From the NCBI GenBank assembly GCA_965602215.1, contig CBFCYS010000036.1, forward strand, positions 1 through 18,908: a stretch of 18,908 nt of DNA, written 5' to 3'. Positions 7,951-16,064 of the stretch are shown in pieces. Both the position numbers and the translations under genes were made by a program. A model generated the notes under the pieces. That model made no database searches. It saw only the letters and a program-made list of their open reading frames with translations, and was not told the origin of the DNA. Position 1 is the first letter of the stretch. Every line of letters begins with the position of its first letter. Source of the stretch: an uncultured bacterium. Lineage in GTDB: Bacteria; RBG-13-66-14; B26-G2; WVWN01.

Positions 7951-8945
7951 GCCGCCCCCAGCATCTCGCGCGCCGCCGCGGCTACCGCCGCGGGTTGGAT
8001 ATCCTCCATACAACGGCGCCGCGCGCGCCAGCAAGGCCGCCGGCCGTGTTTGCTGCACGGGCTGCACCGCGGCTCGAGGTATATCGTCCGGTCGCGCGCG
8101 CCCCACGGCGCGAAGCCGAACCGCGGCGACGTGGGCCCGAAGAGGGCCAGGCACGGCACGTCCACCAGCGGCGCGAGGTGGTTCATCGCCGAGTCGTTGC
8201 CGACGAGCAGTGCCGCGCCCCGGAGCGCTTCCGGAAGCTCGCCGACGGCGACCCGGCCCGCGAGGTTAAGCGCGCCGTCAATGCCCGCGGCCGCCTCCTC
8301 GCACAGCGGCCTTTCGGTTTCGTCCCCCAGGAGCAACAGGCCGTGTCCCTCGGCCGCGAGGGCCTGCGCCAGCTCGCGCCAGCGCGCGGCGGGCCAGGCC
8401 TTGGCGGCGTGGCGGGCCCCGGGCGCGAGCGCTACCCTACCGGGCGTCAGGCCGCGCTGCCGGAGCTTCTCGGCCGCGGCCTCGTCTTCCACCAGGCGGA
8501 ACGACCAGTCCGGCCCCGTTACCCCCCACTTCGCCGCGGTGCGCGCGTACAACTCGGGCACCCGGAGCGTCGGTTTGGGTAACAAGTCTATGCCGAGCGC
8601 CGCCAGGAGCCAGCGCCGGACGCCGTATTTGGGGTACCGGAATTTCTCGTACGCGCTGACGTGGCTCGCGACGTACCGCGCCAGCGGCACGCCGTGCCAG
8701 TCCAATATTATATCCGGCTTAATTTCATCGTTCAGCCGGCGTATCAGCTCGTTAATCGCGCCCTCGGCCTTTTCGCCCCGGCTCGGCATCGTCGCGACGA
8801 CGTCCACCGCGGGGTGGCGCGCCGCGAGCGGCGCCCACTCCTGCCGCGTTACGAACGCCAGCGACGCCCCCGTCGCCTTGGCCACCGGCCCCAGCGCCGG
8901 CAGCGTCAACAATACGTCGCCCAGCGACGAGAGCCTTATAATCAC
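7947..8945 (-). CDS. Glycosyltransferase family 9 (heptosyltransferase-like), second copy
   Basis: The ORF starts with GTG at 8945. The N-terminus IIRLSSLGDVLLTLPAL and the C-terminus LLVGNDSAMNHLAPLVDVPCLALFGPTSP fit the GT9 WaaC/WaaF-like pattern. It is in the same frame as mlaE and starts 11 codons after the mlaE stop. Confidence 0.75.
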   Translation of the reverse strand: MIIRLSSLGDVLLTLPALGPVAKATGASLAFVTRQEWAPLAARHPAVDVVATMPSRGEKAEGAINELIRRLNDEIKPDIILDWHGVPLARYVASHVSAYEKFRYPKYGVRRWLLAALGIDLLPKPTLRVPELYARTAAKWGVTGPDWSFRLVEDEAAAEKLRQRGLTPGRVALAPGARHAAKAWPAARWRELAQALAAEGHGLLLLGDETERPLCEEAAAGIDGALNLAGRVAVGELPEALRGAALLVGNDSAMNHLAPLVDVPCLALFGPTSPRFGFAPWGARDRTIYLEPRCSPCSKHGRRPCWRARRRCMEDIQPAAVAAAAREMLGAA

Positions 8946-8978
8946 GCACGTTATCGGGCTGCGATTGATCGTTTTCCG

Positions 8979-9788
8979 TTAATAGTTGCTGCCCACGAAG
9001 AGGCCCGTCAGGAACACGTCGGACAACAGGATGAGTATGCAGGAAGTGACGACCGATATCGTGGTCGCGCGGCCCACGCCCTCCGCGCCGCCCCGGGCCT
9101 TGAAGCCCTGGTTGCAGCCGACGATGGCGATTATCACGCCGAATACGACGGTTTTTAAAAGGCCTATCATGAGGTCGCTCACGTGGACCAGTTGGTTCAT
9201 CTTCTCTATATATACGCCCGGGTTTATGCCGAGCGTCGTCGTCGAGATGGCGTAGCCGCCCGCGATGCCTACGAAGTCCGCCAGCGCGGTGAGGGCGGGG
9301 AGCATGATGGCGGCGGCGACGAGTCGCGGCATTACCAGGTACTGGACGGGGTTGGTGGCGAGGGTCTCCAGCGCGTCCACTTGCTCGGTGACCTTCATCG
9401 TCCCGATTTCCGCGGCGATGGCGGCCCCCACCCGCCCCGAGACCATAAGCGCCGTGAGCACCGGCCCCAGCTCGCGCGTCATCGAGATGCCGACGATGCC
9501 GCCTATGTATATGTCGGCGCCGAACTTCGCTATCTGATAGGTGGCCTGCAGCGCCAGGACCATGCCGGTGAAGACGGCCGTAAGTATTACGACCGGCACG
9601 GAGTCGACGCCGATCCGCACCATCTGTTCGATTATACGCGCCGGCTTGAACGGCCGCTTAAATACGGAACGGACGGCTTTGACGAGAAGCATCGTCGAGC
9701 CGCCGATGTCCTCGAGCAGGTATATAATTACCCGCCCGAACCGCTCGAACCAGAATAATAGAAACATAAAGCAGCCGGCCTTCGGCAA
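8979..9788 (-). CDS. mlaE: MlaE-family ABC transporter permease (phospholipid/toluene-tolerance Ttg2B-like). The start may be at an internal Met.
   Basis: Blocks conserved across MlaE are present: RIIEQMVRIGVDSVPVVILTAVFTGMVLALQ ... ELGPVLTALMVSGRVGAAIAAEIGTMKVTEQVDALETLA. There are six predicted TM segments. No mlaF or mlaD gene is adjacent. Confidence 0.8.
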   Translation of the reverse strand: MPKAGCFMFLLFWFERFGRVIIYLLEDIGGSTMLLVKAVRSVFKRPFKPARIIEQMVRIGVDSVPVVILTAVFTGMVLALQATYQIAKFGADIYIGGIVGISMTRELGPVLTALMVSGRVGAAIAAEIGTMKVTEQVDALETLATNPVQYLVMPRLVAAAIMLPALTALADFVGIAGGYAISTTTLGINPGVYIEKMNQLVHVSDLMIGLLKTVVFGVIIAIVGCNQGFKARGGAEGVGRATTISVVTSCILILLSDVFLTGLFVGSNY

Positions 9789-9851
9789 ATTCTAAAGAGT
9801 CAGAGTCTAACATACGCACCAACTCGTTTCAACCTCAAACGCCGCCGCCCC

Positions 9852-10667
9852 TTACCGCCGCGTTAATTCCTTATATACCAAGCGTTTTGTTACGTCGAAC
9901 GTACGCGCCGCCACCGCCGCCGCGCGGGCCGCAGGCAGCCCTTCCGCCACGAGTTCCCGCGCGAGTTTGACCGCGGAGGCCGCGTCCGGCGCTTCGGCGG
10001 CCGCGGCGACCACCAGCGTCATCTCCCCCTTGAGCTCCCGTGCGCGCGCGCCGTCCGCGATGGCGCTCAACGTGCCGCGGATTACCTCCTGGTGGACCTT
10101 CGTCAGCTCGCGCGCCAGCGCCGCGTCGCGGTCGCCCCACAACTCGCGCGCGTCGGCCAGCTCCGCCGCCAGCCGGTGCGGCGTTGCGAAGACGACGAGC
10201 GTCGCCGGCAGCGCCCGGTAGCGTTCCAGGAACGTACGCCGCTCGGCGCGCCGCCGCGGTAGATATCCGAGGAAGGCGTACGGGTAGGGCGGCAGGCCGC
10301 TCAGCGCGAGGGCGGCGTGCACCGCCGACGGCCCGGGTACGAAGTCCACCGCGACGCCGGCTGCGAGCGCTTTGCGCAGTATTACGTACCCCGGGTCGGC
10401 CAGCAGCGGCGAGCCGGCGTCGGTGACGAGCGCGACGGTTTCGCCGCGTTTGAGGCGGCTCAGGACTTTGGCGGCGGCGGCGGCCTCGTTGTGCTCCGCG
10501 TATATTAATAGGCTTTTCTGAAGGCCGAGGTGGGCGAGCAGCTTGGCGGTGCGGCGGGTGTCCTCGCAGGCGACGACGTCGGCCGACGCGAGGGCCTCCC
10601 GCGCCCGGGCGCTGACGTCGCCCAGGTTGCCTATAGGCGTCGCGACGAGGATTAGTTTGCCGGGCAT
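9852..10667 (-). CDS. rsmI: 16S rRNA (cytidine1402-2'-O)-methyltransferase RsmI (tetrapyrrole methylase fold)
   Basis: The N-terminus GKLILVATPIGNLGDVS...ADVVACEDTRRT is the RsmI signature. The ATG at 10667 lies 15 nt after the nadE stop. Confidence 0.85.
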   Translation of the reverse strand: MPGKLILVATPIGNLGDVSARAREALASADVVACEDTRRTAKLLAHLGLQKSLLIYAEHNEAAAAAKVLSRLKRGETVALVTDAGSPLLADPGYVILRKALAAGVAVDFVPGPSAVHAALALSGLPPYPYAFLGYLPRRRAERRTFLERYRALPATLVVFATPHRLAAELADARELWGDRDAALARELTKVHQEVIRGTLSAIADGARARELKGEMTLVVAAAAEAPDAASAVKLARELVAEGLPAARAAAVAARTFDVTKRLVYKELTRR

Positions 10668-10682
10668 AAATATGCGGGGTGG

Positions 10683-11504
10683 TTAAAACACCTGCGGTAG
10701 CTCGATGCGCTTTGTTATGGTCTTGCCCGTGACGGAGGCGATTATAGGCACCTTACGCTTGAAGAGGTTGCGGTTGACAAGGCCGACGACGCGCCGCTGG
10801 AAGTCGGCGTCGAAGCCGCGCTCCAGCAGCTTCGCGGGCTTCTCGCCCTTCTCGACGAGGTAATATAAATACCGGTCGACCTGGAAGTAGGAGATGCCCA
10901 TCTCGCCCTCGTCCGTCTGCCCGGGCCAGAGGCCGGCGGAGGGCGCCTTTTGTATAATCCGCTCGGGGACGCCCAGCGCCTCCGCCAGGAGGTACACCTG
11001 CCCTTTATATAAATCCGCCAGCGGCGCGATGGAGCAGGCCGCGTCGCCGAAGAGCGTGAAGTAGCCCAGCAGGAGCTCGGTTTTGTTGCCGGTGCCCATG
11101 ACTATGGCCTTCGCTTCTTTGGACCGGTCGAAGAGGACGATCATACGCGCGCGGGCGCAGACGTTGCCGCGCCGCACGTCGTCCACCTCGCCCGCCTGCG
11201 CCAGGTACGCGTCCGTCATCGGCGTTATCGATATCTCTTTGAAATTAATGCCGAAGCGTTCGACGACGGCCTGCGCGTCGCCCTGGTCGCTCTGGTCGTA
11301 GTAGGGGAGCCAGACGCCGGTGACGTTCTCGGGGCCGAGGGCGGCGGCGGCCAGGCCGGCGGCGGTCGCGGAGTCCACGCCGCCGGATATTCCCAGCACG
11401 ACGCCCTCCAGGCCGGCGTCGTCGACGTGGCGTTTGATGAACCGCTCCAGCACGGGCCGGACGAGGGCGACGTCGATAGTTAGTTCCTTGGGGCACTTTT
11501 CCAT
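10683..11504 (-). CDS. nadE: NH3-dependent NAD+ synthetase NadE
   Basis: The PP-loop GISGGVDSA and the NadE-like blocks (WLPYYDQSDQ, MGTGNKTELLLGYFTLFGD) are present. The start is placed at ATG 11504, which has an AAGGAG RBS 6 nt upstream. The ORF-track start at 11579 adds 25 aa that are not conserved. Confidence 0.85.
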   Translation of the reverse strand: MEKCPKELTIDVALVRPVLERFIKRHVDDAGLEGVVLGISGGVDSATAAGLAAAALGPENVTGVWLPYYDQSDQGDAQAVVERFGINFKEISITPMTDAYLAQAGEVDDVRRGNVCARARMIVLFDRSKEAKAIVMGTGNKTELLLGYFTLFGDAACSIAPLADLYKGQVYLLAEALGVPERIIQKAPSAGLWPGQTDEGEMGISYFQVDRYLYYLVEKGEKPAKLLERGFDADFQRRVVGLVNRNLFKRKVPIIASVTGKTITKRIELPQVF

Positions 11505-11536
11505 AAACCTGCTCCTTGCGGCGACGCGGTATACAG

Positions 11537-11664
11537 CAAACCTTCTTCGATAAAATAACATATAGCGCAGGTGCTTCAAGGGGAAACTACGCCGACCCTC
11601 GCCGCCGCCGCGAAGGGTTCCCTCTGCCGCGCCGCCCTATCGGTAAGGGCTTCGGTGTTTTTTT
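11537..11664 (+). promoter_or_regulatory. Conserved upstream element, copy A. It has promoter-like boxes (CAAACCTTC, then 18 nt, then TATAGC), a roughly 60-nt GC-rich conserved core, and a hairpin with a T7 run that looks like a terminator.
   Basis: Copy B at 13786-13920 has the same architecture and spacing. The core cgccgccgcgaagggttccctc (11603-11624) is identical in both copies. GGGAA (11581-11585) and TTCCC (11618-11622) can form a stem enclosing the core. The hairpin gccct-N7-agggc (11634-11650) is followed by ttcggtgttttttt. Confidence 0.5.
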
Positions 11665-11753
11665 ATGTTTGAGTCGACGTTAATAAATCGTATGTTTAAG
11701 TGTAATTATCGCCGGCGGGTTAGGTTGCCGTTTTAAAATCGATGGGAGGTTTC

Positions 11754-13754
11754 GTGGGAGAATCGGAACGGAACCGAAAGTTAACGGCGCGGGACCGTTG
11801 GTTCGCGGCGGCTATGACGGTGGCGTTGGCCGCGCTGTACTTCGCGTTGCGGTCGCGGGATATCGGCTACGACGCGGTCGCGTATTGCTCGGTAGCCGAT
11901 ACGCCGTCGTTCGGTCGCTTATTCCACCAAAACCACCCCCTTCTTACGCCGGCGTTTTGGTGCGTAATGCGGGTGGTCCGCGGCCTTGGGTACGCCGGTT
12001 CGTCGCTGACGCCGCCGGCGGCGCTCTCGGCGTTGTGGGCGGGAGCGGCGTCAGGGGGTTTCTATCTCGTCCTCCGTCGCATCGGCGCGCGTCCGGCCTC
12101 CGCCGCGCTCGCGGTCGCGGCGGCGTCTTTTTCCGCGGCGTGGTGGTATTTCGCGGGGTTGGCCGAGCCGGTGGCGTGCATATTGTTCTTCATCGTCGGT
12201 GCGTTGTTCCTGGTGGCGCCGTGGCCGCCGTCGTGGCGTCGCGCTTTGGCCGTCGGCTGCTGGTTGGGCATCGGTACGTGGTTCCACGTTACGGTGGCCC
12301 TGTTTATCCCCGTCGCCGGGGTATTGGTCGCCGGGGGCCGCGGGGGGAGGTGGGGCCGGTGGGCGGCCTTGTTCGCGGCTTACGCCGTGACCGCTTCCGC
12401 GGCGTACGCGGTGATAAGCCAATGCGTTTTACGGCACGAAGGGCTCGCGGCTTTCTGGGATTGGATTAACTCCTATAGAAGTCATTCCGACGCGTACGGG
12501 TCTTTAACCGCAAGCCGGGTCCCCGACGGCCTTCTCCAGATCCTGGTCGCGTCCGTAGCGCCGCGGCGGGAGTTGCATTTAGAGTCCATTCACATGGGAT
12601 TCGGCACCGCCGCGTTTAAGTTCGCCCCGGCGGCGGCGTTGGTGGGGGTCGCGCTGGTTACGATCGGCGTCGCCGTACGCCGCCTGTGGCGGGAGCACCG
12701 GCGTTGGCTCGTAGCGGCCGCCGTGTGGTTCGTAAGCTACCAGCTGTTTTTTACGTGGTGGGAATCGGGCAACAACTCGTGGTGGGCCGGCGTAACGCTG
12801 CCGGTATGGTTGCTCTTCGCCCTCGCGGCGCCCGCACGTCGGGTTTTCCTAATCCCCTTTGGCGCGGTCGTGTTAGTAGCGGCCGGCGTCAACTTCGATC
12901 GCGTAATCCTACCCTCGAGCCGGCCCGGCCACAACGGCGCCGAGAACGCGGCCCGCGTGTTCATCGCGGCGAGCCGCCCCGGCGACAATCTTTGGGTACC
13001 CCACAGCGCCGTCGAGCTTTGGATAAGGCACCTTACCCGCGACGACCGGCCGTTGACCAAGACCGGCCTGGGGACTATCCCGGGGTCTTATACCGGTCGC
13101 GCCGTTTCGTTGGCCAGGCGCGGCCGGGCCAATGCGCCTGCGGGCGCCGACGTGTACTTGACTGATTACGAGCTCGACAACCCGCGCTTGGGTAAGGGCC
13201 GCCGGGCGAGAGCGGCCAAGAAGGCGTTTTTTAAAATCCTCCGGAACGCCGAACCGGTGACGTTGACGTATTTCTACGGCCGGCCGCGCGTGCTGTACCG
13301 CTACCGCGGCGCGGCCGAGTTCGGGTCGTTGAGGATTTACGAGGCGGAACGCGGGACGCGCGATAACGAATTTAGGGTGCTCGACCGGCCGGGGTGTGCC
13401 GAGCGGTTTAAGGTCAAGATACTAGAGAAGGGCCGATACGTAATCAGCGTTCAAGCGAGCGGTACGCCGGCGAGGGGCGAGTGGCCGGCGGCGTCCGTGG
13501 CCGTAGACGGTGACGTCCTGTCGACGTTCGCGGTCACGAGCGATTACTGGTGGTTTTACGATACGAGAACGACACTCGACCCCGGGAAGCACGAGATAAA
13601 GGTTATCTTGCGGAACGGCTTACCGGACCGCGCCACGGGCGAAACGCGCGTCCTGTACGTTAATCGGCTCGCGATATACCGCGACCCGGCGGAAGGCCGC
13701 GGCGCGAACCCGGCCGCGCCGGAGAAGGACGAGCGGAGGCCGAAGGAGAGATAG
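11754..13754 (+). CDS. Polytopic membrane protein, paralog 1. It has about 11 predicted TM helices and a C-terminal beta-sandwich domain of roughly 250 aa that resembles a carbohydrate-binding module (CBM6/CBM35-like). Its function is unknown. It may be a GT-C-type glycosyltransferase.
   Basis: The GTG at 11754 is preferred because it is preceded by a GGGAGG RBS and its N-terminus VGESERNRKLTARDRW aligns with the paralog start VEGVERRQSLAARDRW. An alternative ATG lies at 11742. The first-loop motif D-A...S-x-D-x-P..G..FHQNH..TP is conserved. The C-terminal block GRYVISVQASG...VAVDGDVLSTF...DYWWFYDT...GKHEIKVILRNG has a CBM-like VDG/aromatic pattern. Confidence 0.7.
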   Translation: MGESERNRKLTARDRWFAAAMTVALAALYFALRSRDIGYDAVAYCSVADTPSFGRLFHQNHPLLTPAFWCVMRVVRGLGYAGSSLTPPAALSALWAGAASGGFYLVLRRIGARPASAALAVAAASFSAAWWYFAGLAEPVACILFFIVGALFLVAPWPPSWRRALAVGCWLGIGTWFHVTVALFIPVAGVLVAGGRGGRWGRWAALFAAYAVTASAAYAVISQCVLRHEGLAAFWDWINSYRSHSDAYGSLTASRVPDGLLQILVASVAPRRELHLESIHMGFGTAAFKFAPAAALVGVALVTIGVAVRRLWREHRRWLVAAAVWFVSYQLFFTWWESGNNSWWAGVTLPVWLLFALAAPARRVFLIPFGAVVLVAAGVNFDRVILPSSRPGHNGAENAARVFIAASRPGDNLWVPHSAVELWIRHLTRDDRPLTKTGLGTIPGSYTGRAVSLARRGRANAPAGADVYLTDYELDNPRLGKGRRARAAKKAFFKILRNAEPVTLTYFYGRPRVLYRYRGAAEFGSLRIYEAERGTRDNEFRVLDRPGCAERFKVKILEKGRYVISVQASGTPARGEWPAASVAVDGDVLSTFAVTSDYWWFYDTRTTLDPGKHEIKVILRNGLPDRATGETRVLYVNRLAIYRDPAEGRGANPAAPEKDERRPKER

Positions 13755-13770
13755 CCGCGCCCGTACGCGG

Positions 13771-13785
13771 CGACGGGGTACGTCG
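13771..13785 (+). terminator. Hairpin immediately downstream of paralog 1 (cgacg-gggta-cgtcg). It has no U-tract and abuts the promoter-like box of element copy B.
   Basis: It is a perfect 5-bp inverted repeat with a 5-nt loop, 17 nt after the TAG stop. Confidence 0.3.
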
Positions 13786-13920
13786 GAAACCTTCCCCGGC
13801 AAAGTAACTTATAGCAGGGGCACTTTAAGGGAAAACGCGCCGGCCCCCGCCGCCGCGAAGGGTTCCCTCCCTTGCGTTACGCGGGCCGTAGAATCCCGGC
13901 CCCCTATTTTGTATTTAATT
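13786..13920 (+). promoter_or_regulatory. Conserved upstream element, copy B. It has GAAACCTTC, then 18 nt, then TATAGC, followed by the conserved core and then a hairpin gggccg-N8-cggccc with a T-rich tail.
   Basis: It aligns with copy A. The core cgccgccgcgaagggttccctc (13849-13870) is identical. GGGAA and TTCCC flank it in the same way. The 6-bp perfect stem at 13883-13902 is followed by cctattttgtatttaattt. Confidence 0.5.
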
Positions 13921-14042
13921 TGGCGCCGATGTGTTGTATAGTAATGTCCTTATTCTCGGCGGTAGCTTCGGTCGGCCGCCGAGGCGGCGTTTGGGGCCGC
14001 GCTTAGGACAGGCGGCTATTATAAGGATCAGGAGGAAGCTTC

Positions 14043-16010
14043 GTGGAAGGAGTAGAACGGAGGCAATCGCTGGCGGCGCGGGACCGTTGGGTGGCGGTCT
14101 TCGTGGCGGTAGGCTTGGTCGTATTATATTACGCTTTCAGAACGCATTATCACCACTGCGACGCCATTAAGACGGCGACGAGCATAGACGCGCCGGAAAT
14201 AGGGATTTTTTTACACCAGAATCACCTCGCATTTACTCCCATAATTTGGCTTCTCGTAAAAGGCTTGCGCGCCCTCGGCTGGGGCGGTTCGCCGTTGGCC
14301 GTGGCCGCGGCCGCATCGTCTATTTTCACGGGCGCCGCCGCGGGCGGGTTCTTCCTCTTCCTGCGGCGAATCGGCGTAACCTTCCGGACGGCTTTACTCG
14401 CGTTGGGCGCCGCGACGGCTTCGGCGGCGTGGTGGTTTTACGCCGGGGGGGCGGAGCAACGCTCGGCAATCCCGTTCATTATCGTGGGGGCGTTGCTGCT
14501 GTTGGCGACGCCGGCGCGCCGATGGTATTCGGCGGCGGCGGTTGCGGTTTGGCTTGCGGTAGGAGCGTGGTTTCATATTTCGATAACGCTTTTCTTCCCC
14601 GTCGCCGCCATATTACTGGCTCAGAACAAGGAAGGGCGATGGTTGCGTTTATCGGTTTTCGGGGCGATTTACGCCGTCCTGGCCTTCGTACCGTACGTGT
14701 TTGTCTTTCGGGTATTTTATCACGGTACCCAGGGCGAAACATTTTATAAGTGGATAACCTTCCTGCATTGGTGGGGAGGGTGGGGACAACTCGATTGGAT
14801 TAGGTTTTGGGAAGGCGCGCTGCGTTTGATGGCGGCCGCGGTCGCGCCGGGGAACGGTTTAAATTGCTTGTTGACCGGCATTAGCCGGGCCGAATTCTTA
14901 CCGCGGCTTGGGCCGGGGGTCGTATTTTTAGCGGCGGTGATAGCGGTCATCGCCGTCCGGGGGAAGCGTTTGTGGCGGGAAAAGAGGTGGTGGCTCGCCG
15001 CGGGGATAACCTGGTTCCTCGTTTACCATATCTTCTTTTCGTGGTGGGCGCCCCAGAACGCGGAATGGTGGGTCGCGACGATAATGCCGTTGTGGATACT
15101 ATTCGGTTTAGCGGCGCCGCCGCGTCTCTCTTTCGTCGTGCCGGCCGCGGCGTTAATATTGTGCGTGGCCGGGGTTAATTTCACTCGTTTAATACTACCT
15201 ACCAGCCACCCGGGCGTAGACCCGGCCGAGCGGACGGCCCGCGCAATCGCGGCCGCGACGGAGCCGGGAGACGTTATTTTAATTTCGCGTATGCGCGTGA
15301 AGATCTGGATCGACAACCAGACGAAGCGCACCCGGGTAGTTATGGGTTCCGGCGGCCATAGTGACCTCAAAAAAGTCAAAAAGTTCATTAGGAAATATAC
15401 CCGCCCCTCGCCGGAATTTAAGGGCGGTCGCGGCAATGCTTTCCTCACGGATTACGAAATGGACAACTGGGACCTGGACCCGGCGGCCGAGGGAGATCAA
15501 GTACGGGCGTCGCTGTTCCGTGTCATACGTAACGCCGAGCCGGTGGCGTTGGTACCGTTCAACGGATGGCCGAGGGTCTTGTACCGCTGTCGCGGGAAGG
15601 CCAAGCTTGAATCGCTGAGGATTTACGAAGCGAAGCGCGGGACGCGTAAAGGGGGCTTTAAACTTCTTCGAGAGGCAGGAGAGGCTAAGGTGTTTGCAAT
15701 CAAAGTGCCGGAGGAGGGCCGGTACGTAATCTGCTTACAGGCTCGCGGTACGCAGGCGAAGGGCGAATGGCCCGCCGTACGCGTCGTCGTGGACGGGAAA
15801 GTGTTATCGAAGTTCGACGTCAAGACGCATTACTGGTGGTTTTACGATACTACGGCCCGACTCGGCGCCGGTAAGCACAAGGTCAAGGTCTTTTTACGCA
15901 ACGGCTGGCGGGACCCCGCCACGGGCGAGGAGCGCTTCCTGTATCTGAACCGGCTTATCATATACCGCGACCCGGCGGAAGGCCGCGGCGAGGGAGAGCC
16001 GCCCGGCTAA
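14043..16010 (+). CDS. Polytopic membrane protein, paralog 2. It has the same architecture as paralog 1. Identity is about 45% in the TM region and higher in the C-terminal domain. It has a noticeably lower GC content and is Lys-rich.
   Basis: The GTG start at 14043 lies 6 nt after an AGGAGGA RBS. The N-terminal, loop-1 (HQNH), WW-rich TM core and C-terminal (YWWFYDT, LRNG, IYRDPAEGRG) motifs are shared with paralog 1. Confidence 0.7.
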   Translation: MEGVERRQSLAARDRWVAVFVAVGLVVLYYAFRTHYHHCDAIKTATSIDAPEIGIFLHQNHLAFTPIIWLLVKGLRALGWGGSPLAVAAAASSIFTGAAAGGFFLFLRRIGVTFRTALLALGAATASAAWWFYAGGAEQRSAIPFIIVGALLLLATPARRWYSAAAVAVWLAVGAWFHISITLFFPVAAILLAQNKEGRWLRLSVFGAIYAVLAFVPYVFVFRVFYHGTQGETFYKWITFLHWWGGWGQLDWIRFWEGALRLMAAAVAPGNGLNCLLTGISRAEFLPRLGPGVVFLAAVIAVIAVRGKRLWREKRWWLAAGITWFLVYHIFFSWWAPQNAEWWVATIMPLWILFGLAAPPRLSFVVPAAALILCVAGVNFTRLILPTSHPGVDPAERTARAIAAATEPGDVILISRMRVKIWIDNQTKRTRVVMGSGGHSDLKKVKKFIRKYTRPSPEFKGGRGNAFLTDYEMDNWDLDPAAEGDQVRASLFRVIRNAEPVALVPFNGWPRVLYRCRGKAKLESLRIYEAKRGTRKGGFKLLREAGEAKVFAIKVPEEGRYVICLQARGTQAKGEWPAVRVVVDGKVLSKFDVKTHYWWFYDTTARLGAGKHKVKVFLRNGWRDPATGEERFLYLNRLIIYRDPAEGRGEGEPPG

Positions 16011-16029
16011 AGCTAATCCCCGTTCCCGC

Positions 16030-16058
16030 TTGACTAATCAGTAGGTTTCCCCTATCCT
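16030..16058 (+). promoter_or_regulatory. Sigma-70-like promoter for polA (TTGACT, then 17 nt, then TATCCT). It is positioned for a leaderless transcript.
   Basis: The -35 box TTGACT is at 16030-16035. A 17-nt spacer follows. The -10 box TATCCT is at 16053-16058. The predicted +1, 7 nt after the -10, coincides with the A of the polA ATG at 16065. There is no Shine-Dalgarno sequence upstream of the ATG. Confidence 0.45.
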
Positions 16059-16064
16059 TCGCGT

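Noticed and set aside
6946-8154. Extended 402-aa version of the first GT9 gene and extended 298-aa version of nadE
   Set aside because: The N-terminal extensions carry no family motifs and overlap the upstream gene. RBS-backed internal starts (GTG 7950 with its GTGA overlap, and ATG 11504 after AAGGAG) are preferred.
11537-11664. Assignment of the conserved leader to a known riboswitch class (glycine, fluoride, c-di-GMP-I, ZTP, guanidine)
   Set aside because: Comparison with consensus motifs recalled from memory gave no convincing match. The GAAGGG in the core superficially resembles the glycine-aptamer CCGAAGG, but the element lacks the GGAGAG elements. The class is left unassigned.
11665-11736. 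A 23-codon upstream ORF (MFESTLINRMFKCNYRRRVRLPF) in the paralog-1 leader, and a similar short ORF in the paralog-2 leader
   Set aside because: It has no Shine-Dalgarno sequence. It is not conserved between the two leader copies. It is probably a chance ORF in a locally AT-rich spacer.
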